From Nitrosopumilus sp. (GTDB lineage Archaea; Thermoproteota; Nitrososphaeria; Nitrososphaerales; Nitrosopumilaceae), in assembly GCA_965197525.1 (NCBI GenBank), contig OZ240211.1, positions 2,016,001 to 2,080,000 on the forward strand: a stretch of 64,000 bases of DNA. Reading direction: 5' to 3'. Positions 15,865-30,965 of the stretch are shown piece by piece. Position numbers and translations under genes: made by a program. Position 1 is the stretch's first letter. Each line of letters opens with the position of its first letter. A model generated the notes under the pieces. The model was not told the DNA's origin. It worked only from the letters and a program-made list of their open reading frames with translations, and did not search any database.

Positions 15865-18767
15865 CTGATACCACAGCACCAACACTCACATCAATTGAGA
15901 GATACAATCCTGTTGCTGCAACTACTGACAGCCAGACACTAGTCTACGAGGTGACCTTTAGCGAGGATGTAACCGGAGTGGACAAGATTGACTTTGCCCT
16001 GTCTTCTGATAGCACGGGCGGATCAAGCTCTGCCCAGTTCACACAGACACGTTCTCCTGCCATTGCCATAACTGCAGCTAACACCATAACAGATACCATC
16101 ACAGTTACCGGCTCTGGTACTGTTACGTCAGTCTCTGTCGCCGTGGACGTCTCCCACACGTACAAAGGCGACCTCAAGGTTGATCTTATTGCACCTGATG
16201 GAACCATCAAGACCGTCCACAACCGCTCTGGAGGCAGCGCCGATGACATAGACCAGACATACACACCAGACTTTGCAGGCGTTCCAATTGCAGGTATCTG
16301 GACGCTACAGATAAACGACAACTATGCCACCGCAGACGACGGTACCCTGAACAGCTGGACGCTTACGATCAATCCTGGTAGCAGCAGCAGTGATACATCA
16401 AACCCTGTAACATCGATCTCAGGTTCTGGCGACACGTACCAAGTGACGGTTTTGGCCACACAGGACGGCACATACAACCTTGATCTGATATCGTCAGGGC
16501 ACGATATAACTGATAAATCAAGCAATCCACTAACAGACGTGACTCCAACTACAGGTACTGACGAGACGTATACCGTCAATACTGTACCTGCTGACACCAC
16601 TGCGCCAACACTATCATCAATTGAGCGGTACAATCCATCTACAGAAAACACCGACAACCAGACGCTGACCTACAAGGTGATCTTCAGCGAGGATGTAACC
16701 GGAGTGGACAAGACTGACTTTGCCCTGTCTTCTGATAGCACGGGCGGATCAAGCTCTGCCCAGTTCACACAGACACGTTCTCCTGCCATTGCCATAACTG
16801 CAGCTAACACCATAACAGATACCATCACAGTTACCGGCTCTGGTACTGTTACGTCAGTCTCTGTCGCCGTGGACGTCTCTCACACGTACAAAGGCGACCT
16901 CAAGGTTGATCTTATTGCACCTGATGGAACAATCAAGACCGTCCACAACCGCTCTGGAGGCAGCGCCGATGACATAGACCAGACATACACACCAGACTTT
17001 GCAGGCGTTCCAATTGCAGGTATCTGGACGCTACAGATAAACGACAACTATGCCACCGCAGACGACGGTACCCTGAACAGCTGGACGCTTACGATCAATC
17101 CTGGTAGCAGCAGCAGTGATACATCAAACCCTGTAACATCGATCTCAGGTTCTGGCGACACGTACCAAGTGACGGTTTTGGCCACACAGGACGGCACATA
17201 CAACCTTGATCTGATATCGTCAGGGCACGATATAACTGATAAATCAAGCAATCCACTAACAGACGTGACTCCAACTACAGGTACTGACGAGACGTATACC
17301 GTCAATACTGTACCTGCTGACACCACTGCGCCAACACTATCATCAATTGAGCGGTACAATCCATCTACAGAAAACACCGACAACCAGACGCTGACCTACA
17401 AGGTGATCTTCAGCGAGGATGTAACCGGAGTGGACAAGACTGACTTTGCCCTGTCTTCTGATAGCACGGGCGGATCAAGCTCTGCCCAGTTCACACAGAC
17501 ACGTTCTCCTGCCATTGCCATAACTGCAGCTAACACCATAACAGATACCATCACAGTTACCGGCTCTGGTACTGTTACGTCAGTCTCTGTCGCCGTGGAC
17601 GTCTCCCACACGTACAAAGGCGACCTCAAGGTTGATCTTATTGCACCTGATGGAACCATCAAGACCGTCCACAACCGCTCTGGAGGCAGCGCCGATGACA
17701 TAGACCAGACATACACACCAGACTTTGCAGGCGTTCCAATTGCAGGTATCTGGACGCTACAGATAAACGACAACTATGCCACCGCAGACGACGGTACCCT
17801 GAACAGCTGGACGCTTACGATCAATCCTGGTAGCAGCAGCAGTGATACATCAAACCCTGTAACATCGATCTCAGGTTCTGGCGACACGTACCAAGTGACG
17901 GTTTTGGCCACACAGGACGGCACATACAACCTTGATCTGATATCGTCAGGGCACGATATAACTGATAAATCAAGCAATCCACTAACAGACGTGACTCCAA
18001 CTACAGGTACTGACGAGACGTATACCGTCAATACTGTACCTGCTGACACCACTGCGCCAACACTATCATCAATTGAGCGGTACAATCCATCTACAGAAAA
18101 CACCGACAACCAGACGCTGACCTACAAGGTGATCTTCAGCGAGGATGTAACCGGAGTGGACAAGACTGACTTTGCCCTGTCTTCTGATAGCACGGGCGGA
18201 TCAAGCTCTGCCCAGTTCACACAGACACGTTCTCCTGCCATTGCCATAACTGCAGCTAACACCATAACAGATACCATCACAGTTACCGGCTCTGGTACTG
18301 TTACGTCAGTCTCTGTCGCCGTGGACGTCTCCCACACGTACAAAGGCGACCTCAAGGTTGATCTTATTGCACCTGATGGAACAATCAAGACCGTCCACAA
18401 CCGCTCTGGAGGCAGCGCCGATGACATAGACCAGACATACACACCAGACTTTGCAGGTATTCCAATTGCAGGTATCTGGACGCTACAGATAAACGACAAC
18501 TATGCAGCTGCCGATGATGGTACCCTGAACAGCTGGACGCTTACGATCAATCCTAGTAGCAGCAGCAGTGATACATCAAACCCTGTAACATCGATCTCAG
18601 GTTCTGGCAATACGTATTACGTGACAGTCTCTGCTACACAGGACGGCACATATAACCTTGATCTGGTATCGTCAGGGCACGGGATTATTGACACGGCAAC
18701 CAATCCTCTTACAAACACTACACCTACTGATGCTGACCATACTTACACCGTCAGTACCACAGGTTGA
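14553..18767 (+). CDS. Giant surface protein 1, segment 3: Ig-like/P-domain repeats to the C-terminus
   Basis: Same repeat units; ends YTVSTTG with no C-terminal TM anchor. Confidence 0.8.
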   Translation: MTAFQLDTTINYTADVPSPITSISGSGSQYFVTVSASSDGTYNLDLVQNHGIEDSADNPLTDTATTGVDHTYTVNTVPADTTAPTLTSIERYNPAAATTDSQTLVYEVTFSEAVTGVTQSDFVLSSASTGTAANAITSISGSGSQYFVTVSASSDGTYNLDLVQNHGIEDSADNPLTDTATTGVDHTYTVNTVPADTTAPTLTSIERYNPAVATTDTQTLVYEVTFSEDVTGVDKTDFALSFDSTGGPDPGTGTGQFTQTNSPSTAIAGDQDVVDTISVSNSGNAASVSVDLNITHTYISDLKVDLVAPDGTAKTLHNRSGGSSDDIIATYTPNFNGASISGTWTLQINDDYPSADDGVLNSWTLTINYGDTADVPSPITSISGSGSQYFVTVSASSDGTYNLDLVQNHGIEDSADNPLTDTATTGVDHTYTVNTVPADTTAPTLTSIERYNPVAATTDSQTLVYEVTFSEDVTGVDKIDFALSSDSTGGSSSAQFTQTRSPAIAITAANTITDTITVTGSGTVTSVSVAVDVSHTYKGDLKVDLIAPDGTIKTVHNRSGGSADDIDQTYTPDFAGVPIAGIWTLQINDNYATADDGTLNSWTLTINPGSSSSDTSNPVTSISGSGDTYQVTVLATQDGTYNLDLISSGHDITDKSSNPLTDVTPTTGTDETYTVNTVPADTTAPTLSSIERYNPSTENTDNQTLTYKVIFSEDVTGVDKTDFALSSDSTGGSSSAQFTQTRSPAIAITAANTITDTITVTGSGTVTSVSVAVDVSHTYKGDLKVDLIAPDGTIKTVHNRSGGSADDIDQTYTPDFAGVPIAGIWTLQINDNYATADDGTLNSWTLTINPGSSSSDTSNPVTSISGSGDTYQVTVLATQDGTYNLDLISSGHDITDKSSNPLTDVTPTTGTDETYTVNTVPADTTAPTLSSIERYNPSTENTDNQTLTYKVIFSEDVTGVDKTDFALSSDSTGGSSSAQFTQTRSPAIAITAANTITDTITVTGSGTVTSVSVAVDVSHTYKGDLKVDLIAPDGTIKTVHNRSGGSADDIDQTYTPDFAGVPIAGIWTLQINDNYATADDGTLNSWTLTINPGSSSSDTSNPVTSISGSGDTYQVTVLATQDGTYNLDLISSGHDITDKSSNPLTDVTPTTGTDETYTVNTVPADTTAPTLSSIERYNPSTENTDNQTLTYKVIFSEDVTGVDKTDFALSSDSTGGSSSAQFTQTRSPAIAITAANTITDTITVTGSGTVTSVSVAVDVSHTYKGDLKVDLIAPDGTIKTVHNRSGGSADDIDQTYTPDFAGIPIAGIWTLQINDNYAAADDGTLNSWTLTINPSSSSSDTSNPVTSISGSGNTYYVTVSATQDGTYNLDLVSSGHGIIDTATNPLTNTTPTDADHTYTVSTTG
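15865..18767 (+). repeat. Four near-identical 726-bp tandem units
   Basis: Unit starts at 15865, 16591, 17317 and 18043. Confidence 0.9.
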
Positions 18768-18850
18768 GGACACACCATATAGATGCTTGAACGATTCATA
18801 AGTGATATAGCGAGTATTTTATTTTGTGTTTTAAAAGAATTTGGTTATCC

Positions 18851-19273
18851 ATGTATATAATTCCCGATCCATACTTCGATAAGCTTAATTTGGATCACAT
18901 CCAATCTCTACTATTGTCATCTGATGATATCATAATCCTGAATTATCTTGCAGAAAAGGTACATGTTCATCGATGGCCTCAGGATTCGCCTGTCTGGGAT
19001 CCTGCTATGACAAACAGGCTGGATCAATCCATTAACAAAAACCCTGACAAAAAACACATAACAATCAAAGACAACACACTGTTAATTGAGAATTTTACGT
19101 TTCGCTCTCTTTGTAACATTGGAGTGTCAGTTCCTTTCTTCAAAGAAGAATGCACCATGATTCTAGAGGCTCAATTCTGTGATCTCTATGCTCATATTCA
19201 CATAACTACACGCTCTGAAAATTATATCGATATCTTTCATCAATTAACCACTTGGAAGAAAAATCTAATCTAA
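18851..19273 (+). CDS. Hypothetical protein
   Basis: ORF 18824..19273; probable ATG at 18851 (MYIIPDPYF); composition like a globular protein. Confidence 0.65.
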   Translation: MYIIPDPYFDKLNLDHIQSLLLSSDDIIILNYLAEKVHVHRWPQDSPVWDPAMTNRLDQSINKNPDKKHITIKDNTLLIENFTFRSLCNIGVSVPFFKEECTMILEAQFCDLYAHIHITTRSENYIDIFHQLTTWKKNLI

Positions 19274-19299
19274 GACCTTCTGGTTATTTGTTGTATATT

Positions 19300-20601
19300 T
19301 TAAAAATTCTCAGATGCTGTAACCATATCTTTGATATCTTTTTTTGTATGGACATCTGATATTGCCCCCAACTTTCCAGGCAAAAAGAATATTCCATCGC
19401 TTGCAATCATCTTAAAATGATATTTGTGTAGCATTCCTTGATCACACATTGCAGCATGCTCCGAGTTTGTTATCTCTGTTATCCTGTCTTTTTTAAAATG
19501 GGTCATAAACAATGAACCCTTTCCTGTGGCTATGACTCTGCCATCAAACACCTTTGTTAACTCTTTTCTTGCAAAATCTCCCAGTGAATTAATCTTTGAA
19601 TAAATCGATCTCTTTGATCCTAGTCTGTACAGCGTGTTATACCCTGCAGTCATTGATGCTGGATTTGCAGAAAACGTTCCGCCTCCAATATATGCTCGTT
19701 CTGATTTCTTCTTATTTTTATTATTTGTCTGCGCATGGTTCATAATCTCATCTTTGCCGCATATTACCCCGATTGACATTCCTCCTCCTACAATCTTCCC
19801 TAACGTGACAATATCAGGATCCAAACTCATGGTTGGATACAAACATCCATACCTAAACCTAAATCCGGTAACTATCTCATCTAAAATAAATATGGATTTG
19901 TTCTTTTGAATAAATTCCTGTATGCCTTTGAGATACTCCTTTGTCGCAGGTATACATCCACCACCGCCTAAAACCGGCTCAATTATGACCCCTGCCAACT
20001 CTTTTGAATACTTTTTCAATATTTTTAGAGACATTTCCAAATCATTGTACGGAATTGATATGATGTCCTCTTCATTTGTCATTCCCCTGCTCTCTGATTC
20101 TGTAAATGGCCAATTAACACTCTTTAACAGGTCAGATGTATATCCGTGCCATCCTCCATCAATCTTTGCAATTATCTTTTTGCCTGTAATGGAACGCGCC
20201 AATCTGACCGCATACATTGTTGCCTCTGTTCCTGATGTGACGTATCGAATCTTTTCTGCAACAGGGACTGATTTTGAGATCAATCTTGACAGTTCCATTG
20301 TCTGTTCATTTACTGTTCCATACATCCAACTCTTATCAATTTGTTTTTTTAGCGGCTCTCTAACACTCTTTGGGCCATGTCCCAATATCAAACTCCAGTG
20401 ACCCATCCAATAGTCTGTATACCTGTTATCGTCCACATCTACTAATTTTGTTCCTTTTGATGCCTTGGTTACAAATGGATATGGTTCATAAAATCGTATG
20501 TTATGACTTACACCGTCTACATGGATCTTTTCAGACTTTGCAAATATTTTGGCAGATGTCCTAGTCTTCTTTTTGTACTCTGAGATGTGATTCAAAACCA
20601 T
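19300..20601 (-). CDS. hemL: Glutamate-1-semialdehyde 2,1-aminomutase (class III aminotransferase)
   Basis: [37 protein letters not shown] (PLP lysine), GGTFSANP motifs. Confidence 0.9.
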   Translation of the reverse strand: MVLNHISEYKKKTRTSAKIFAKSEKIHVDGVSHNIRFYEPYPFVTKASKGTKLVDVDDNRYTDYWMGHWSLILGHGPKSVREPLKKQIDKSWMYGTVNEQTMELSRLISKSVPVAEKIRYVTSGTEATMYAVRLARSITGKKIIAKIDGGWHGYTSDLLKSVNWPFTESESRGMTNEEDIISIPYNDLEMSLKILKKYSKELAGVIIEPVLGGGGCIPATKEYLKGIQEFIQKNKSIFILDEIVTGFRFRYGCLYPTMSLDPDIVTLGKIVGGGMSIGVICGKDEIMNHAQTNNKNKKKSERAYIGGGTFSANPASMTAGYNTLYRLGSKRSIYSKINSLGDFARKELTKVFDGRVIATGKGSLFMTHFKKDRITEITNSEHAAMCDQGMLHKYHFKMIASDGIFFLPGKLGAISDVHTKKDIKDMVTASENF

Positions 20602-20938
20602 TTTGTGCAACAATAACTATAATTTTAATCATTGAATTTCAGACGATTTAGTTGGGTATTTGCTAAATTCTGCTCTACTCAAATAACTATTCAATATCTT
20701 CTATAGCTTCGCGTATAGTTTATATGGATTCTGAGAACACCACTTTCTGCATACGTAACGCAATAGGCGGCGCTTGTGATGAAGTATGGTATTATGCCAT
20801 TTTGTGATTCATGGGCCTCCAGTTACGCATACAAAATGAGGATCTGATCAAAAGATCAAATCTGAGATGTGAAGATTATGTGCATCCGTCAATTCCAATT
20901 TAGTACAAATGTACTTCAATAATCAAAATTTAAAGCAG

Positions 20939-22409
<1,471 letters not shown>

Positions 22410-22530
22410 TAGATATGGAAAGTGTACGGATGCACTATTCTTCACATTGAGTCATCGATGCAATGCATCACGAAAGTGGTGTATGAAGGATGTAGCAGGT
22501 CTCTGCCAGGAGACTTGCAATGATCGTCGT

Positions 22531-25575
<3,045 letters not shown>

Positions 25576-25900
25576 GCGATGGATCATTTTTATTCATTCA
25601 TCCATCATATCATAAAATACAATATACACGACTTGTACGATGATTTCATTTTTAATCATGTTTAGCGGACGCTATGCATTTTTTTAATAATGATATGGAA
25701 TTTTTATAGGACAAATTTTATTTCAAACCATGCTAGCTGATGCTATACACAATTCTTTATTGCGCATTAATTTTTGTAAACCTACTTTCCTCAAATAACG
25801 TTGCTGCAAGTACTACATACTACAACCAAAGATATAATGTTGCCAGCTCTGCCAAAAACTAAAAGAGTATCTTGACTGTTCTATTATTTGTATTCCAAAT

Positions 25901-26401
25901 CTAATCTTTGATGTATCTGTCTCCTGATACATCATCATCATCTATTCCTTTTATCTTTACAACTATTGTGTCTCCCAATTTGTTGAAAATACGCTGACGT
26001 TTCTCATTAGTTATTATCAACCCTAAAATGAAATCTACTGGTAATAGAATTGTTTTTCCAAAACTGCTTAACACCACTCCTTTCAGGGTTGGTCTATCTC
26101 CGTTTATATCTACTACCATTAAATTCAGTGCTCTTTTTCCAATACTTTGACCTTTTACATATTCTAAAACCGTCCAATAGCTAAAGAACGTAATAACGTA
26201 TGTCACTGATGATACGTTTTCGACCCATTGGCTCTCATCGCTAATACTGTTACCAAATATTACTTCAATTATGAAAATATTTACCATGATCAAAATCATT
26301 AAAATGATCATAAAGTCAACTATCCATGCAAAAAATCTGTCTGTCCATTTTGCAATTATAATATTTGAATCATTGTAACGATCTGTGCTACTCATACCCA
26401 T
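25901..26401 (-). CDS. RDD-family membrane protein
   Basis: WTDRFFAWIVD and GQSIGKRALNLMVV motifs. Confidence 0.85.
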   Translation of the reverse strand: MGMSSTDRYNDSNIIIAKWTDRFFAWIVDFMIILMILIMVNIFIIEVIFGNSISDESQWVENVSSVTYVITFFSYWTVLEYVKGQSIGKRALNLMVVDINGDRPTLKGVVLSSFGKTILLPVDFILGLIITNEKRQRIFNKLGDTIVVKIKGIDDDDVSGDRYIKD

Positions 26402-26615
26402 TACTTTCTCATTCTATTAATAAAGTGTCTTGATGCTATAATGTTGAATTTTGTTTATTGATGCCATTCTAATCAAGAGTATTACGTACATGCGTGGTGG
26501 TGGAATAGTACGATAAATTTCAAAAACAAATACAAAATTCTGCCTTGTAAACGGGTGTTGAGGAGCCACATCTAAAAATTAATAGTATAATTTCTTAACA
26601 AATTTAGAAATAACT

Positions 26616-27449
26616 GTGGCATCTATCAACCCTCTTGAGTTACTCTTGTGGACGTTTCGACGAAATGAAAGAGATGTAGTGAATCTTTATACCTCTCTCT
26701 CGCCATTGATGCAACTAGCTACGGGCAGCTCCATGCTTAATTTTGGACTCTGGTCAAAAGACCATTACGAGCCTGTATCTGCTCAAAACAATTTATGCAT
26801 GGTATTTGCAGACATGGCCAAACTATCTTCTGCACACCGTGTAGTTGATGTGGGTAGCGGGTTATCTGCACCATCTAAGCTATGGCGAGATACGTACTCT
26901 AATATTCAACTCTATGATGTGAATATTAATTTCAAGCAACTGGCATTTTCTGGAACGCAACCAAACATCGAGTTTCTTAATTCCACCTCTACAAATCTCC
27001 CTTTTGCTGATAATTCTGTTGATCGTGTGTTGGCCCTAGAATCTGCACAACACTTCAAACCACTGTCTGGTTTTATCTATGAATCTAAAAGAATTCTAAC
27101 AAAATCTGGACTGCTTGTCATTGCAATCCCTGTAGCTACCAATGACACGTCTCTAAGAGATTTGGGACTCTTAAAATTCACGTGGTCCTCTGAGCATTAT
27201 AGTCTAGATTATATTAGAGACTTAATTACGTCTTTTGATTTTTTAATATCTGACGAAAAACTAGTTGGTCAAAATGTGTACGAACCTCTTGCTGATTATT
27301 ATGTTAAACACCGCTCACATCTAAAGAAATTAATTTTGCAAGATTACGCTTCCTATGTTGAACGCATCTTGTTTAAATCATTACAAAAAATGAAAAAAGC
27401 ATCTGAATCAAAGATAATTGATTATGCTTTACTACAGTGTCATCTGTAG
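26616..27449 (+). CDS. Class I SAM-dependent methyltransferase
   Basis: VVDVGSGLS motif I, LPFADNSVD, ESAQHF. Confidence 0.85.
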   Translation: MASINPLELLLWTFRRNERDVVNLYTSLSPLMQLATGSSMLNFGLWSKDHYEPVSAQNNLCMVFADMAKLSSAHRVVDVGSGLSAPSKLWRDTYSNIQLYDVNINFKQLAFSGTQPNIEFLNSTSTNLPFADNSVDRVLALESAQHFKPLSGFIYESKRILTKSGLLVIAIPVATNDTSLRDLGLLKFTWSSEHYSLDYIRDLITSFDFLISDEKLVGQNVYEPLADYYVKHRSHLKKLILQDYASYVERILFKSLQKMKKASESKIIDYALLQCHL

Positions 27450-27752
27450 TCTGTTCTACTACTTGATGGATATAGCCCAGTCTATTTTCTATAAAATGAT
27501 CTTTTGATTTATTTCTTCCATTGTTATTTGTCTTATCAAATCATGTTTGTTATGAAATCTTTTTTCAACAGTCCTGCTGTTATTACTATATTACAATCTA
27601 ATACCGGCCAACTAATATGCATCAACTGTATGCTCAATCATAATCGTTTTATTCATGTGATCTATGCTACCTAGATTCATATTTTGTTGTATGGGCACTA
27701 TATAGTTGAAATTGGCTAAGTTTTTATTTTTGCTATCCAAACCTATTATATC

Positions 27753-28136
27753 ATGACTGATATTAGTCTAGAACTGTATCGTAAAAAATGCAATCAACTT
27801 TTAGCGGAATCTGAGATTAGATTCGCAGGTATTGTTGATACGGATGGCAATATAGTTGCAGGAGGCTTCAAAGAGGGACTTGTACCACACGAAGGCGATG
27901 AGACTCGTCTTCAGGCATTCTTGGAATTTGTATCTAAGATATCTATCAGAAAAGATTACGATAAAAGCCTAGGCCCAATCAACTATCTTGCAGCCAGACG
28001 TGATAAAGCTGTATTGATAAGCTTTCCATTTCCGGTTACCCATATCTTGTTGTTAATCTCTGCCGAACCAACTGCTAATATCGAAAATCTTGCAACCAAA
28101 GTCATAGAAATATTCACTGATACTGCCTCAACTTGA
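27753..28136 (+). CDS. AOA roadblock/profilin-like small protein (DUF6659-like)
   Basis: IRFAGIVDTDGNIVAGGFKEG and LGPINYLAARRDK resemble a family common in AOA (recalled similarity). Confidence 0.6.
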   Translation: MTDISLELYRKKCNQLLAESEIRFAGIVDTDGNIVAGGFKEGLVPHEGDETRLQAFLEFVSKISIRKDYDKSLGPINYLAARRDKAVLISFPFPVTHILLLISAEPTANIENLATKVIEIFTDTAST

Positions 28137-28290
28137 TCAAAAACAAAGCAAAACAAAACAAACTACAAGCCTTGACTATGCTCTGATACTCTTCCAGGCA
28201 TCTAATCCGTCTCATCTAATATACTGAATCTGCATATATCATCTTAGTTATGATATACTTTTAATTTGGCACTCTCAACTGATCATTGAA

Positions 28291-28746
28291 TTGAAAGCTA
28301 CGTTTGGCGCAGGATGTTTTTGGCATGTTGAGGATCTGCTATCTAAAACCCACGGTGTAAAATCTACCACAGTAGGTTATGCAGGCGGACAGCTCTCTGA
28401 TCCCACCTATGAGGAGGTCTGCACTGATAACACCGGACATGCAGAAGCAGTCCAGATAGAATTTGATCCCTCTGAGATCTCTTTTGATCAATTACTTGAT
28501 GTGTTCTGGAATAACCACAACCCGACAACCTTGAATCGTCAAGGTCCTGATATGGGACGTCAATATCGCTCAGTAATATTCTATCACAACGAAGAGCAAA
28601 GAGAGATTGCAGAGAAATCGTGTCAAGCACTTGACCGATCAGGAAAACACAAAGACCCAATAGTCACTGAAATTGTTCCTGCTCCCATATTTTACAAAGC
28701 AGAGGAATATCATCAAAAATATTTCAAAAAACACGGGTTCTCTTAA
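28291..28746 (+). CDS. msrA: Peptide methionine sulfoxide reductase A
   Basis: FGAGCFW active site, TGHAEAV, RQGPDMGRQYRS, AEEYHQKYF. Confidence 0.95.
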   Translation: MKATFGAGCFWHVEDLLSKTHGVKSTTVGYAGGQLSDPTYEEVCTDNTGHAEAVQIEFDPSEISFDQLLDVFWNNHNPTTLNRQGPDMGRQYRSVIFYHNEEQREIAEKSCQALDRSGKHKDPIVTEIVPAPIFYKAEEYHQKYFKKHGFS

Positions 28747-28752
28747 TAGCAG

Positions 28753-29187
28753 TTAGTTTACAACCACTACTGGAATCTTTGATGTATGTATAACATATTT
28801 TGATACACTTCCAAAGAACATTTCTTTTGTAGCGCTCCTTCCACGTGGTCCGATGACTATCATATCGTATTTGTCTTTTCCGTGTGTATGATCAATTATG
28901 TTGTATCCTGCATCTCCATTTAGAATCTTTGAATCAAAGACTATATCATTTTGTGCCGCTAGTTCTTTTGCCTTGTCCATCACTTCATTTATTTTTGCAA
29001 TATGCTTGTCTGACACCTCTCCTTCGCCCTTGAATTCTGTGTGTGAGGGTACGTGCAGACTGTATATTCCGGTGATTGTTGCACCACAGTTCTTGGCAAG
29101 TACGATGGCAGTCTCTAAGCCTTTATGGGCATTCTTTGAGCCATCAAGCGGCACCAAAATCTTGGTGATCTTTGTTTTCAGCATCAT
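28753..29187 (-). CDS. Universal stress protein
   Basis: KILVPLDGS and IVIGPRGRS...FFGSVSKYVIH...PVVVV. Confidence 0.9.
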   Translation of the reverse strand: MMLKTKITKILVPLDGSKNAHKGLETAIVLAKNCGATITGIYSLHVPSHTEFKGEGEVSDKHIAKINEVMDKAKELAAQNDIVFDSKILNGDAGYNIIDHTHGKDKYDMIVIGPRGRSATKEMFFGSVSKYVIHTSKIPVVVVN

Positions 29188-29308
29188 CGTTATTTCCATG
29201 GATTTGATCTTAAAAAACATATGCCATTGCTAATAACTCGAAGATTTGGCAACATCGTTGAATTTCCTTGATATTAACTAAATTTATCTAGTCATCTTAT
29301 ATGCTGTT

Positions 29309-30106
29309 ATGTTAATGGAAGAAAAATTCCTATGTATTGATGGGAATAAAATCCGATATCTTGCAGCCGGAACATCAAAAAATACCCTCGTATTGCTTCA
29401 CGGGTTGGGCGGCTCAGCTGAGAGATGGCTTCCTGTAATCCCACTATTTGAAAAACACTTTCATGTTATAGTGCCTGACATCATCGGATTTGGATACAGT
29501 GACAAACCTATAGCCGATTACACGCTTGATTTTTTTTTGAGATTTCTTGAACGTTTTTTCAAGGCAGCCCGTATACCTAAACCTTGTATAATTGGCTCCT
29601 CTCTTGGAGGACATCTTGCAGCTTCCTATGCTGCATTACATCCTAAAAGCATCAAAAAACTTGTTCTGGTCTCTCCTGCAGGAACAATGAAGAGCTCCAC
29701 AAAATCCCTTGATGCATATATAATGGCTGCCATGTATCCCACTAGAAAAAACACTTCTCTTGCATTTGAGTTAATGGAAGGCTCTGGAAAGAAAATTCCT
29801 GATTCGATTATCGATGAGTTTGTAATACGTATGAAACTCCCCAATGCAAAACTTGCATTCATGTCTACAATCCTAGGAATGAAAAGTTCTAAATCCATTG
29901 TGTCTGAACTTTCTTCTATCTCCACGCCGACCTTGCTTGTCTGGGGCGTCAATGACAGTGTTATTCCAATTGAATTTTCAAATGAATTTGTCTCCGCAAT
30001 TCCAAATGTCACATTTCTTAAAATAAAAAATTCCGGACACACTCCATATGTAGAGCATCCTAAATTGTTTACAAATAGGGTGCTGCAGTTTCTAAATGAC
30101 AGCTGA
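29309..30106 (+). CDS. Alpha/beta hydrolase
   Basis: HGLGGS oxyanion motif, GSSLGG nucleophile elbow, WGVND, GHTP. Confidence 0.9.
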   Translation: MLMEEKFLCIDGNKIRYLAAGTSKNTLVLLHGLGGSAERWLPVIPLFEKHFHVIVPDIIGFGYSDKPIADYTLDFFLRFLERFFKAARIPKPCIIGSSLGGHLAASYAALHPKSIKKLVLVSPAGTMKSSTKSLDAYIMAAMYPTRKNTSLAFELMEGSGKKIPDSIIDEFVIRMKLPNAKLAFMSTILGMKSSKSIVSELSSISTPTLLVWGVNDSVIPIEFSNEFVSAIPNVTFLKIKNSGHTPYVEHPKLFTNRVLQFLNDS

Positions 30107-30539
30107 TGACTGCATCTGCAAATGACTGGTTGCTATTATTAGCTGATTTGGGATTATTCTAGTTCATGCATACATAATAAAACGAGAGTCTGTTTTAATT
30201 CTGCACAACGAGTCCGTCTATTTTTTTCCAGCCCAATACATTCTTAATCATTCGTTATTCATTATACATTTCCTCTTCACATTCATAAATTAATTCTATC
30301 CAGATTCAATCATTTGAACTGTTTTAACCTATAAAATATTACATACTTTTTTTTTCTACGTATTCTAGACTGTTTATCGCGGTATTGTCTTTGTAATTGG
30401 TTCTGGATTCTTATTTGATACCAACCAAAATGTCATCTGTTTTTGTATCTTTGTAGTGGATATTGTTGTACCAAAGAAAACATGCTCTTTTTTTACATCT
30501 TTGAGTTCATTTAAATATGGTTAATTCCATTCATTACCT

Positions 30540-30965
30540 ATGAGCGGTAACCAAAACCTATACGATCCTTCTGAGATGTTCAAATCTTGGATACGTAAAA
30601 GCGGACGTGCGCAGGCCGAATTTGTAAAAAATTTCGGTTCTCTAATGTCAGCTCAGTCTAACAAGGCATTTGATCCATTAGAGACACTAAAAGGCGTTTC
30701 TGAGAGCGCAAGACAGACTCAGTCAGCGATGATCGATAGCGTATCATCTATGCAGACTCAAAGCATGGATGCAATGCTAAACATCAGCAGATTACTGCCC
30801 TCTTTTATGAATTGGGGTGCTTACAAGACTACAATTAGTAGTAATGGAAGAATCTCAATACCTGAAGCCGAACGCAATGCACTTGGTCTAGGCGATGGTG
30901 ACTTGGTACAAGTTATTATCCTACCAATCGCTAAGAATTCAAAAAATAAGGAGGTGAAACAATGA
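30540..30965 (+). CDS. AbrB/MazE/SpoVT-domain protein resembling haloarchaeal PhaR
   Basis: C-terminal GRISIPEAERNALGLGDGDLVQVIILP AbrB-type motif; helical N-terminus; adjacent to phaEC. Confidence 0.7.
   Translation: MSGNQNLYDPSEMFKSWIRKSGRAQAEFVKNFGSLMSAQSNKAFDPLETLKGVSESARQTQSAMIDSVSSMQTQSMDAMLNISRLLPSFMNWGAYKTTISSNGRISIPEAERNALGLGDGDLVQVIILPIAKNSKNKEVKQ

Noticed and set aside
2261-18499. Dozens of minus-strand ORFs (e.g. MSVVAAAGLYLSID..., MWSTPVVAVSVRG...) inside the giant genes, likewise at 34064-42546
   Set aside because: Antisense shadows of the repetitive plus-strand coding sequence; they recur with the repeat period.
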